DNA of 64,000 bases from Peptococcaceae bacterium (GCA_022797295.1 JAAWKH010000004.1:3888-67887); one strand, 5' to 3'; counted from the stretch's first letter, positions 9,701 to 17,518 are shown. Notes: generated by a model from the sequence alone, not told the origin. Translations and numbers: made by a program.

Positions 9701-10135
9701 GATGATTCAGAGCGTGGCGAAGCTAAAACAATATTTGATATAGTGTTGGCTTATTCTTCGTCTGACGCTGATTTGCAGAAGGCTATAGATTATTTGAAAA
9801 GGGCAACATTTTATGAACGCTTAAATAATCCTACTGAGCGTGACCGTTGTTTTAATGAACGGATTATTGGTGAATATTCAGTTATGTTAAAGTCCGTTGA
9901 TGAGGTACGCAAAAATTTATTATCATATATTCCTGATAAACCATATAACTGGATGGATAATTCTGCTGTGCAAAACCGTTTACGTATGTTGGCTGAAAAA
10001 CAGTATAAATTAAATGGTTATGAACAGGCGCAAGCTGTTATTGACCATATGGATGCGGAACAATTGCGTCATTATTTGAATGAGTTAATATCTGATAACC
10101 TTACTGTTGGTTTGGAAATTTTGAAAAACAGCTAA
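6764..10135 (+). CDS. brxC: BrxC/PglY-like ATPase, C-terminal fragment. It is in the same frame as 5912-6685, and that frame is open from 6686.
   Basis: Frame 2 reads ...VWDEFT*YFINNQNSLTGFQGLAEVSQSHPFYFLIVTHESQ... with a single stop. The combined length of about 1400 codons and the position before pglZ fit BrxC. Confidence 0.8.
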   Translation: MIVTHESQSLIEDKDKRKKILDRFVGGGTVRIEMPENMAFRLMSKAMKTTSDPVLLPKWQEYKADLNDNLTDVRNNITSHAKKNATMGQKTVISDEELQNIVPIHPYAALLLKHMSVAFNSNARSMFDFIISNDMTEAKGFKWFISNYGPLDDPNLLTVDMLWDFFNGKDQTGLNDDVRVILDSFGLLKAGSLTPEQVRVFKTILLLEAISVRVNSVELLRPNEQNIDLAFLGTDWNKGKARSIAAGLCQQGLLFEKPVGNGMKEYTVANNGGNKAKIEQYKEEIRKSTRTLDLVVSADLLSALQLTDSIRGRYIMEAASSANFTQASNKFNSVNKPNRFKILVTFALNDNESAKLKELNNKAILQSDNELYYIECLTQMGNDLYEQYVENMAYSKNYAQNDKQRAVGFENQARKCLIEWQQKIVNGAFMLYTLDNKSGIRLANFQALQEELQKINRQKYPYSLEQYNLTSTMFTKGPLAQGAECGINQELKQSFKSSNVNTSLSTALAGAWQVEKYWEDSTKQSLPIVHIKNEVERLVQDGFNKGSGRVSVLSIFEALEQPKYGFMPNNVAAFILGFVLKEYATSDYYWSNGSNSDVMSPDKMKAMIANAINQKVSPSAKYKEEYIVAMSVEQRAFLQCAANVFQIPTTQCDSVERARDQIRIKMKGLMFPIWCLKYILDSSTLQSSKEHISKIIDAYCGIANTANGYRDTESELAEDIGKLVCEHPSITQDLVNLFTNENCRKGMLAYIDIFQGGILPKLAAEINDNGIYLDEVKRKFNADAANWVWSSDTADEKISDVILEYHIIAESNKSLPIKSNTLNDIVREWNKRTNNIKMPYDELHKYTGDFSGFLKQLYYIKQSGQIQEQNKPKFYELLVTQRENFDCFYKEQLPYFKQLAKGFIDDLDEETIADFYTKLPSGQFTKSISEYYQFLENQLDIYKKGLVKERLKTLWLDRTCTKDPEDWSERYETPILCMFDDSERGEAKTIFDIVLAYSSSDADLQKAIDYLKRATFYERLNNPTERDRCFNERIIGEYSVMLKSVDEVRKNLLSYIPDKPYNWMDNSAVQNRLRMLAEKQYKLNGYEQAQAVIDHMDAEQLRHYLNELISDNLTVGLEILKNS

Positions 10136-10144
10136 GGAGATATT

Positions 10145-12472
10145 ATGAATTGTAATAATATAAACGAATGTTTTGAACAAATTAATGCTTATTTTCAGGC
10201 CGAAAAACTTGGCTTACCATTAATTGTTAATGCTGAAAATGATAATGATTATCGAGAAATTATTCAGCTTTTGGAAGCAGACCATACCAAAAAGAAAATA
10301 TATGTATCAAACTATTGTTTCCCTAATGGTTTACCAGATGTTGATTCAGCGCTTGCTCAATTTTCTGATGATAAAAATGTTTTTATAGGTTTAGCTCAAG
10401 CGCTAATGTTTAGAAGTGCTAAAGATTTGGCAATTAAACTTGATGAAGTGTTGAGTTTATCAATTAGTGGATATGCGTTGATTATATTATATCGTTGCGA
10501 GCAGGTTTTACAGGATATTATGCGAAAAAGTAAAGATGAGCGTTTATCAGATCGCATAGCATTTGTTTTAGGAGATAAGTCTGCTTTGCCACAAATCAAA
10601 TTCATCAATAATGAAGTTGAAGCATCTGGTTATAATGTTTTTTCTAAGTTTAGTGACATACTGTCTGCTTTAGAACATATGCAGATAGATGGAGATACTT
10701 TATTCCTTTTAACTTCATTTTCACCCGATGTTTTTAGAAATTCTCTTTATCCAATATCAATAGCGCCTGATATTTATACAAGGTTGACAAAAAAATATTC
10801 AGATATTGCTAGTGCTGTTGATAAAAGCTATGCTACTTCTGAGCAATGGTGTTGGTTGGAGAAAAAAATGCACTCACATAATAGTTTCTCTGAACTTGTG
10901 TGTGCGAACTTTGGTAGCATTCATAATTTATCAATACATCTTATGGATATATTCGATAAAAATGATAAAAATCTACAATGGCTACATTGGTTGGCAATGA
11001 AGGTATTTGGTGAAAGTAATAATAAATATTTGACTTTAGCACTACGCAACTGTAATAATTTTGAAGATTTTAAAATTCATCTTTATTTAGATTTAATTGA
11101 CGTGGATATTGATGATGCTGATTTTGAAAAGTTATATCTCGAACGAAAGCGACTCTTGGCAATTATGCCTGAAAATATATCATTGGTAAAGAAATATTGT
11201 GATCGCTTAGGGCGTTATCAAAAAAATGCTATATTATATTTAACAGATAATACAGATATAGAAAAACACGAATTTTTGCAGTGTCTTAGCATATATGATT
11301 ATACGGAAAGTGAGTTAAATCAGGCTATTCAGAGATTATCTAAGCCTTTGACTTTATATATGCAACCATTTGTTTTTGATAATATTAATACTCGCTTATC
11401 TGATAAGGATGACTATTTAAGACCAGAGCTAACGAGGTATTTTCATAATTATAAAATACAGAAGTTAACAAATCGTTTGCAGTCTGGTTTTGTGGCTCAG
11501 GTCCAAAAATATGCATTAGATCGACCTTATAATAAATTGCAATCACGAAGTAGTATTATTTCACATATGGATAGAAAAGGTGCACAAGTATTCTTTTTTG
11601 ATGCGTTAGGTGTTGAGTATCTATCTTTTATATTGGCAAAATGCAAAGAATATGATTTAGTTTATGAGCTTTCTATTGGTCGTTGTGAGTTGCCATCAAT
11701 TACAACAAAAAACAAGGAATTTTTGCAATATTTTGCAGAAAATGCCTGTAACAAAATTGATGGCTTGGATGAATTGAAACACCATAGTGAAGTTTTCGAT
11801 TATGAAAAATGTAAGTTACCGTTACACTTGTTTGTTGAACTGGATATAATCGATGAAGAGTTGCGTAAAATTCAATCTCAGCTTGTTCAGGGAACAATAG
11901 AAAGGGCTATTATAGTAGCAGATCATGGGGCTAGTAGATTGGCGGTGCTTTATGGCAAGGAAAATGAAGCTTTGCCTAAAATATCTGATGGTACAGAGCA
12001 TAGTGGTCGTTGTTGTTTAGCTGAAAAAGATCCTGGTATAGAATACGCTGCCTATGATGATGGTTATGTTATACTAGCAAATTATGAACGTTTTAAGGGA
12101 GGACGTCGTGCTAATGTTGAGGTGCATGGTGGTGCATCGTTAGAAGAGGTTTTGGTACCTGTTATTACTTTAACAAGACAGCCAGAAAATGTTGAAATTT
12201 GTTTTGTTGATTCAACAATTATATTACGTCCTCGTGAAATCCCTGTTTTAGTTTTGTATTCTAGTATTCCTCTGCAAAAACCAAGACTTAAAATAAATGA
12301 TGAATTTATTGAGGGTGAATTTGTGGCAGATGCAAAGCATGCCAAATTCGAATTACCAAAAGTTAAACGTAAAGGTATATATCGTGCAGAGGTTTATGAT
12401 GGAGAAAAGAATATGTCTGTAAATTTAAGTTTTACTGCTCAAAAACAAACAAGAGAAATAGATTTGTTGTAA
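10145..12472 (+). CDS. pglZ: PglZ-domain protein (alkaline-phosphatase superfamily, BREX core component).
   Basis: RBS aaggag. Motifs VFFFDALGVEYLSF, CELPSITTKNK, IIVADHGASRL and NVEVHGGASLEEVLVPVI. Confidence 0.9.
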   Translation: MNCNNINECFEQINAYFQAEKLGLPLIVNAENDNDYREIIQLLEADHTKKKIYVSNYCFPNGLPDVDSALAQFSDDKNVFIGLAQALMFRSAKDLAIKLDEVLSLSISGYALIILYRCEQVLQDIMRKSKDERLSDRIAFVLGDKSALPQIKFINNEVEASGYNVFSKFSDILSALEHMQIDGDTLFLLTSFSPDVFRNSLYPISIAPDIYTRLTKKYSDIASAVDKSYATSEQWCWLEKKMHSHNSFSELVCANFGSIHNLSIHLMDIFDKNDKNLQWLHWLAMKVFGESNNKYLTLALRNCNNFEDFKIHLYLDLIDVDIDDADFEKLYLERKRLLAIMPENISLVKKYCDRLGRYQKNAILYLTDNTDIEKHEFLQCLSIYDYTESELNQAIQRLSKPLTLYMQPFVFDNINTRLSDKDDYLRPELTRYFHNYKIQKLTNRLQSGFVAQVQKYALDRPYNKLQSRSSIISHMDRKGAQVFFFDALGVEYLSFILAKCKEYDLVYELSIGRCELPSITTKNKEFLQYFAENACNKIDGLDELKHHSEVFDYEKCKLPLHLFVELDIIDEELRKIQSQLVQGTIERAIIVADHGASRLAVLYGKENEALPKISDGTEHSGRCCLAEKDPGIEYAAYDDGYVILANYERFKGGRRANVEVHGGASLEEVLVPVITLTRQPENVEICFVDSTIILRPREIPVLVLYSSIPLQKPRLKINDEFIEGEFVADAKHAKFELPKVKRKGIYRAEVYDGEKNMSVNLSFTAQKQTREIDLL

Positions 12473-12494
12473 GTTTTAAGAATGGAGTAGATAT

Positions 12495-13961
12495 ATGAAT
12501 GGATTACAGTCATCAGAAATGATTGAAAGATTGAAAGATAGCTTTGATGAAATGGTTGTTTATAAGGATTTACAGAAGAGTAACTTTATTTCATCTTTCA
12601 AGTTACCGTCATTTATGCGAGATTGGGTACTAAAGCGTTTTCAGGATGACGATGGTGAGATTGATGTTGAAGGAGCAACAGATTTTATCAAAGAGTTTAT
12701 TCCTAAAAAAGAAGATTGGAAAGCTATTATGAATCGTATTGTTCAATATCAGGAACAAGTACGTTTCTTAGCCAAAGTTTCAGTTAATATTGACATTAAA
12801 ACGCAGGGCGTATCTTTCTCATTACCAGATTTTGGTCTTTCTTTTAAAGATACTATTATATCAAGAGATGTTTGGGAAATGTGCAGTGCTTCATTATTAA
12901 AAGCAGAAGAAAACTGGGGTATTGTAGAATTAGGATATCAATTTCCGGAAAATGATAGAACTTCTGGTAAAATCAAATTAATTAACTTTCAAGATTTTTG
13001 TCCATACATTATTGACTTGGATGAGTTTAGATATGCCAGAGAATCCTTTACTTTAAATGAGTGGATTGATATTATTTTGGGAGCCATTGATTATAATGCG
13101 GCTGGTTACGAAACACAAAAACAAAAGTTAGCCATGATTACGCGTCTACTTCCTTTTGTTGAGAAAAGATTAAATATGATTGAATTGGCACCTAAAGGAA
13201 CAGGTAAATCTTATTTATTTGGTTCGGTTAGTCGCTATGGTTGGCTGTCATCAGGTGGAACAATGTCAAGAGCAAAAATGTTTTATGATGTGGCAAGACG
13301 CACAGAAGGACTTGTTTTTGGTCATGACTATGTAGCGTTAGATGAAGTACAAACCATTAATTTTACGGATGTTGATGAAATGCGTGGTGCATTAAAAGGC
13401 TATATGGAAAATGGTAAATACACTGTTGGTAATCATGAGGGAGCAGCAGATTCAGGTATAATCCTTTTAGGCAATATTCCGGCCAATTCGATGAATGAAT
13501 ATGGGAATATGTTTGTGGAATTGCCAAATGTTTTTCATGAAAGCGCCTTAATTGATCGTTTCCATGGGTTCTTAAAAGGATGGGATTTGCCTCGCATGAA
13601 TGATGATTTAAAAATTTGTGGTTGGGCTTTAAATTCAGAGTATTTTTCAACTATTATGCATGAATTGCGTGATGATCCAACTTATCGTGCTGTTGTTGAT
13701 TCTTTGGTAATAGTACCGGAAAAGTCTGATACGAGAGATACTGAGGCAATAAAAAGAATATGTACGGCCTATTTGAAATTGTTATTTCCAAATGTTCAAT
13801 GTGTTGAAGATATTGTGGCAGCTGACTTTAATAAATACTGTTTACAGCCAGCTAAAGAAATGCGAGCAATTATAAAAATGCAGCTTAGTATTCTTGACCC
13901 GGATGAGTTTGGCGGTAAAACTGTTCCTGATTTAACAATAACGGATATTGAGGATTTTTAA
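12495..13961 (+). CDS. brxL: Short BrxL-like AAA+ ATPase (TIGR02688-like, from memory). No Lon-protease C-terminal domain is evident.
   Basis: The N-terminus, VVYKDLQKSNFISSFKLPSFMRDWVLKRF, resembles the BrxL N-domain. Walker A ELAPKGTGKSYLF. Walker B YVALDEVQ. 488 aa. Position after pglZ. Confidence 0.75.
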   Translation: MNGLQSSEMIERLKDSFDEMVVYKDLQKSNFISSFKLPSFMRDWVLKRFQDDDGEIDVEGATDFIKEFIPKKEDWKAIMNRIVQYQEQVRFLAKVSVNIDIKTQGVSFSLPDFGLSFKDTIISRDVWEMCSASLLKAEENWGIVELGYQFPENDRTSGKIKLINFQDFCPYIIDLDEFRYARESFTLNEWIDIILGAIDYNAAGYETQKQKLAMITRLLPFVEKRLNMIELAPKGTGKSYLFGSVSRYGWLSSGGTMSRAKMFYDVARRTEGLVFGHDYVALDEVQTINFTDVDEMRGALKGYMENGKYTVGNHEGAADSGIILLGNIPANSMNEYGNMFVELPNVFHESALIDRFHGFLKGWDLPRMNDDLKICGWALNSEYFSTIMHELRDDPTYRAVVDSLVIVPEKSDTRDTEAIKRICTAYLKLLFPNVQCVEDIVAADFNKYCLQPAKEMRAIIKMQLSILDPDEFGGKTVPDLTITDIEDF

Positions 13962-13964
13962 AAG

Positions 13965-14165
13965 ATGTTCAATAATTATTGTGTGTCATGTGGCAAACAA
14001 CCATTATCTAAGGATGAATTAGGTATTTGTAAGAAACTATTGGGCGAAGATATTATATCTTTTTATTGTTTGGATTGTCTAGCGGATTTCTTAGAAGTTT
14101 CCTTAGAGGATATTATAGCTAAAATAGAAGAATTCAAAGAAGATGGTTGTGTGCTTTTTAAATAA
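13965..14165 (+). CDS. Small Cys-rich (CxxC...CxxC...C) zinc-ribbon-like protein.
   Basis: 66 aa, with CVSCGK, a single C, CLDC and GCVLF. It starts 3 nt after the brxL-like stop and ends 10 nt before the desulfurase start. Confidence 0.6.
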   Translation: MFNNYCVSCGKQPLSKDELGICKKLLGEDIISFYCLDCLADFLEVSLEDIIAKIEEFKEDGCVLFK

Positions 14166-14175
14166 GGAGTCAAAG

Positions 14176-15297
14176 ATGATTTATGCAGATAATGCTGCAA
14201 CAACTAAATTAGATAAAGATGCTTACGAAGCAATGTTACCGTTTTTGTTGAATGAATATGCTAATGCTTCGCAACCCTATTCGTTTTCTCGTAAAACTAA
14301 AGCAGCATTAAAAAAGGCAAGACAGATGATTGCAGATTGTATAAATGCATTGCCGGAAGAGATTTACTTTACATCTGGTGGTACGGAAAGTGATAATTGG
14401 GCTATAAAAGGTTTGGCATTTGCAGATAAAGAAAAACGAGCAATGATAACATCTGCTTTTGAGCATCATGCTGTTTTGAATTCCTGTGCTGCTATAGAGT
14501 ATCTTGGATATCCTGTTGCATATATGTGGCCTACAAAGGCAGGTTTAATAAAAGCAGATATTTTAGAAAAGTATATAACTAATACAACTCGTCTTGTGTC
14601 TGTTATGTTTGCAAATAATGAAATTGGTACAGTTCAGCCAATAAAGGAATTGTCTACAATGGCTCATTCTTATGGTGCATTATTTCATACAGACGCTGTA
14701 CAAGCAGTGGGGCATATACCTATTGATGTACAGGATTTAGGTGTTGATATGTTGTCTGCTTCGGCACATAAGTTTAATGGTCCAAAAGGTGTAGGTTTTC
14801 TATATATTCGAAATGGAACGTCAATTTGTTCATATTTAAATGGTGGTTCTCAGGAATTTACAATGCGAGCAGGTACTGAGAATGTGGCAGGGATTGTAGG
14901 TATGGCAGTTGCTTTACAAAAAAACTGCGAGAATATAAAGAATAATATTGCTCACTTATATAATTTGGAAAGAATAATTGTTGAACGACTAAATAAGTGC
15001 GGTATCGATTATATTCGTAACGGAATCGAAAATGGGCTTCCTGGTCTGTTGAGTTTATCATTTAAAGGCTGTTCTGGAGAGCAATTACTACATCGTTTAG
15101 ATTTACAGGGAATTGAAATTTCCACTGGCTCTGCCTGTAATAGTGTGAAAACAGAAATTTCTCATGTTTTAACTGCAATTGGTTTGGAAGATAACTACGC
15201 AAAAGGAACTATTAGAATCTCTTTTGGAAAGGACAATAAATGCAGTGACGCTGAAAAAATAATCAATGAGTTAATACATGTTATTCATGCTCTTTAA
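14176..15297 (+). CDS. Cysteine desulfurase, NifS/IscS class-V aminotransferase family (analogue of DndA/SspA by context).
   Basis: ATG 14176 is preceded by aaggag. Motifs IYADNAATT, FTSGGTESDN, the PLP-Lys motif SASAHKFNGPKGVGFLY, the active-site loop STGSACNS, and GTIRISFG. AT-rich like the rest of the operon. Confidence 0.9.
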   Translation: MIYADNAATTKLDKDAYEAMLPFLLNEYANASQPYSFSRKTKAALKKARQMIADCINALPEEIYFTSGGTESDNWAIKGLAFADKEKRAMITSAFEHHAVLNSCAAIEYLGYPVAYMWPTKAGLIKADILEKYITNTTRLVSVMFANNEIGTVQPIKELSTMAHSYGALFHTDAVQAVGHIPIDVQDLGVDMLSASAHKFNGPKGVGFLYIRNGTSICSYLNGGSQEFTMRAGTENVAGIVGMAVALQKNCENIKNNIAHLYNLERIIVERLNKCGIDYIRNGIENGLPGLLSLSFKGCSGEQLLHRLDLQGIEISTGSACNSVKTEISHVLTAIGLEDNYAKGTIRISFGKDNKCSDAEKIINELIHVIHAL

Positions 15298-15344
15298 TCT
15301 AAAATTTTTGAGAATAAAAATATAGCGGTATTTTATTCATTTTA

Positions 15345-15386
15345 CCTATGTAAACACTTGACGAAATTGTTTACATAGGTTTTTTG
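15345..15386 (+). terminator. Intrinsic terminator closing the BREX-like operon.
   Basis: Perfect 12-bp stem, cctatgtaaaca (15345-15356) with tgtttacatagg (15368-15379), followed by tttttt. Confidence 0.8.
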
Positions 15387-15419
15387 TATCTAAACATTTT
15401 TCAAAACTTGGGTATTCAT

Positions 15420-15610
15420 CTACCCGGTATTCGGGAGGGGGATTAGGGGAGAAAATATCTTAATAATTTTCAAAATCTGTTAGCCAGAATCTATATATCT
15501 GAAATGAGATATAGAGTGGAAGAATTATTTTGAAAAAATCGAAAAAATTTTTATAAAAATGTTATCCACTTGCCTGTTATCCGGGAGGGGGTATAAGGGG
15601 ATAATATAGA
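15420..15610. repeat. Two ~40-nt G-rich direct repeats (core cgggaggggg-N4-6-agggga), 150 nt apart, between the cargo operon and xis.
   Basis: Copy 1 is 15420-15460 (ctacccggtattcgggagggggattaggggagaaaatat). Copy 2 is 15569-15610 (cttgcctgttatccgggagggggtataaggggataatat). By eye they are roughly three-quarters identical, with one indel. Confidence 0.6.
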
Positions 15611-15869
15611 TTTTTAGATAACTCCTCTAATGTTCTTTGAAAGCTGAATGACCGTCTTGAAGTGATACTCCTTCTTGGAGCAGGCCAGGACTCTGCAGCA
15701 ATAAATGTGTGGGCAGATGAGCTAGCCGGAGGAAGAAAACGCCGCTGAAATATTTGGGGCAGGAACTGATTCGAGGTAGAACGGCAAAAACCTGGGCAAA
15801 AAAGATGACTTTCTGCATCGTTAATTTGGTAAATGAAAAAATGAATGAATTGAAAAGGAGTGTGATAAG

Positions 15870-16073
15870 ATGTTTGAAAAATATCCAGACGTAGTTTCCG
15901 TACCGGAGCTATGCAAAATGCTGGGCGGTATCAGCAAAAAGCTGGCCTATAAAATGCTGGCTAATGGCGAGATCTTTAGTGTCAGGGTTGGCCGCTCATA
16001 TAAAATACCCAAGGTGAGCGTTATCGCCTATCTAACAGGAAATGTGCTGCCTGATAAAAATAAGACTGCTTAG
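15870..16073 (+). CDS. xis: Excisionase-family helix-turn-helix DNA-binding protein.
   Basis: 67 aa with VSVPELCKMLGGISKKLAYKMLANGEIFSVRVGRSYKIPKVSVIAYL, typical of the MerR-like excisionase family. It lies immediately upstream of int. Confidence 0.8.
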   Translation: MFEKYPDVVSVPELCKMLGGISKKLAYKMLANGEIFSVRVGRSYKIPKVSVIAYLTGNVLPDKNKTA

Positions 16074-16118
16074 CAGGTTTTATCGCAATAAAGCTGGCTT
16101 TTTCGAGCTAGTTGTGAT

Positions 16119-17354
16119 ATGTTTTGGTTGTCAGCAGCAGGCAAATTTTATGGATTGGAGGAAAGAACATTGACAGGATGCTTGCAAATCAAGAATGACA
16201 AATTTTATGCGGTGCTAAATCTCAAGGTGGATGGTAAGCGTAAGCCCAAATGGATACCGCTGGGTATTCCAATCCGGGGTAATAAGCGGAAAGCGGAGGC
16301 CGAGCTGAACCGCCTGATTGAGGAATATGAAAAGGAGGAGGAAATAAGGGCAAATCACAGCGAGGCTGAAATATTGTTAGCCGATTACTTGCAAAAATGG
16401 CTGAATATGGTGAAGCCCACAATAGCCTATTCAACATACCATAGCTATCGCAATATGATTGATGCCAGGCTGGATAAGTATTTCCGGGAGTTGGGAGTTA
16501 CTCTGGGCGAGTTAACGGCCAGTCAGATACAGGATTTTTATCAGATAATTCTGGACGAGGGCTTTACCACCAACACCGTGATTCATTACCACGCAGTGTT
16601 GCGGAAAGTCTTGCATAGTGCGGTTAAGAAAGAGATGATACCCAGAAACCCGGCAGATAGCGTGGATAAGCCAAAAAAGAACCACTATCAGGCAGCTCAT
16701 TATACGGAAGCGGAAATGCTGGAGCTGTTCAAGGTGATTGAGGGTGATCCGTTGGAGCTTCCAATTAAGATAGCGGCATATTATGGTTTGCGGCGCAGCG
16801 AGGTGCTGGGGCTTAAATGGGAGGCAGTGAATTTTCAGGAGAAAACTCTGGCGATCAATCACAAAATCATCGAAGCCAAAGTGGACGGCAAATTTGTGCC
16901 GGTAGGTGAAGATGTGCTGAAAACCAAGTCAAGTATCAGAACTCTGCCTTTGCTGCCGGTTATTGAGGAGCTGCTGTTGCAGGAGAAAGAAAAGCAGGAG
17001 TTTATGCAAAAGGTATTCAAGGAGGGCTACTGTAAGGATTATCGGGAATATATCTGCGTAGACCAGACGGGTAAGTTGTTCAGGCCGAATTTTGTAACGG
17101 AGCATTTTGCCTATCTGATAAAGAAATTTGGTTTGAAGAAAATACGCTTCCATGATTTGCGGCATACCTGCGCCAGTCTGTTACTGGCTAATGGCGTGCC
17201 AATGAAGCAAATTCAAGTATGGCTGGGTCATTCCACATTCAGCACAACGGCGGACATTTATGCTCACCTTGATATGTCGGCGCAGATTCAGACCGGAAGT
17301 GTGGCTGGAGCTCTGTTTGGGCAAGGGAAAAGCCTGCCCAATGCTTCGGCATAA
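16119..17354 (+). CDS. int: Tyrosine-type site-specific integrase.
   Basis: The C-terminal catalytic region reads IRFHDLRHTCASLLLANGVPMKQIQVWLGHSTFSTTADIYAHL, with an upstream RRSEVLGLKW. The likely true start is TTG 16170, which follows ggagga. The stop is 14 nt from the tRNA 3' end. Confidence 0.92.
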   Translation: MFWLSAAGKFYGLEERTLTGCLQIKNDKFYAVLNLKVDGKRKPKWIPLGIPIRGNKRKAEAELNRLIEEYEKEEEIRANHSEAEILLADYLQKWLNMVKPTIAYSTYHSYRNMIDARLDKYFRELGVTLGELTASQIQDFYQIILDEGFTTNTVIHYHAVLRKVLHSAVKKEMIPRNPADSVDKPKKNHYQAAHYTEAEMLELFKVIEGDPLELPIKIAAYYGLRRSEVLGLKWEAVNFQEKTLAINHKIIEAKVDGKFVPVGEDVLKTKSSIRTLPLLPVIEELLLQEKEKQEFMQKVFKEGYCKDYREYICVDQTGKLFRPNFVTEHFAYLIKKFGLKKIRFHDLRHTCASLLLANGVPMKQIQVWLGHSTFSTTADIYAHLDMSAQIQTGSVAGALFGQGKSLPNASA

Positions 17355-17368
17355 GACAGGCTTGTAAG

Positions 17369-17460
17369 TGGCGGAAGCGGTGGGATTCGAACCCACGTGG
17401 CGCTCATCACGCCAAAACGATTTCGAGTCGTTCTCGTTATGACCACTTCGATACGCTTCC
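17369..17460 (-). tRNA. tRNA-Ser, anticodon CGA, with a long variable arm and encoded CCA.
   Basis: The reverse complement reads GGAAGCG-TA-TCGAAGTGGTCATAACGAG-AACGA-CTCGAAA-TCGTT-TTGGCGTGATGAGCGCCAC-GTGGG-TTCGAAT-CCCAC-CGCTTCC-G-CCA. It has a 7-bp acceptor stem, a 5-bp anticodon stem, the loop CT-CGA-AA, a canonical T-loop and discriminator G. Confidence 0.92.
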
Positions 17461-17479
17461 AAAATATTGCTGTCATAAA

Positions 17480-17508
17480 ATGATAGCATATTCGAGCGAT
17501 TTTTGCAA
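17480..17508 (-). promoter_or_regulatory. Sigma-70-like promoter for tRNA-Ser.
   Basis: On the minus strand: TTGCAA, a 17-nt spacer, then TATCAT, about 20 nt upstream of the tRNA 5' end. Confidence 0.45.
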
Positions 17509-17518
17509 GGGTTTTTTG

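Larger units (their letters stand above)
1..17368. mobile_element. Integrative genomic island (partial; left end lies outside the window) inserted at the 3' end of tRNA-Ser. It carries a mobilisation remnant, a BREX-like cargo operon, and xis and int genes.
   Basis: There is a sharp compositional break between the AT-rich cargo and the GC-rich chromosome. A tyrosine integrase gene ends 14 nt from the 3' end of a tRNA gene, and an excisionase-type HTH gene lies upstream of int. A MobC-like pseudogene sits at the left of the window. Confidence 0.75.

Noticed and set aside
15627-15818. 63-aa minus-strand ORF between the repeats and xis.
   Set aside because: It has no RBS and no recognisable motif, and it runs against the flanking gene orientation. 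It could be a gene remnant, but I cannot support it.
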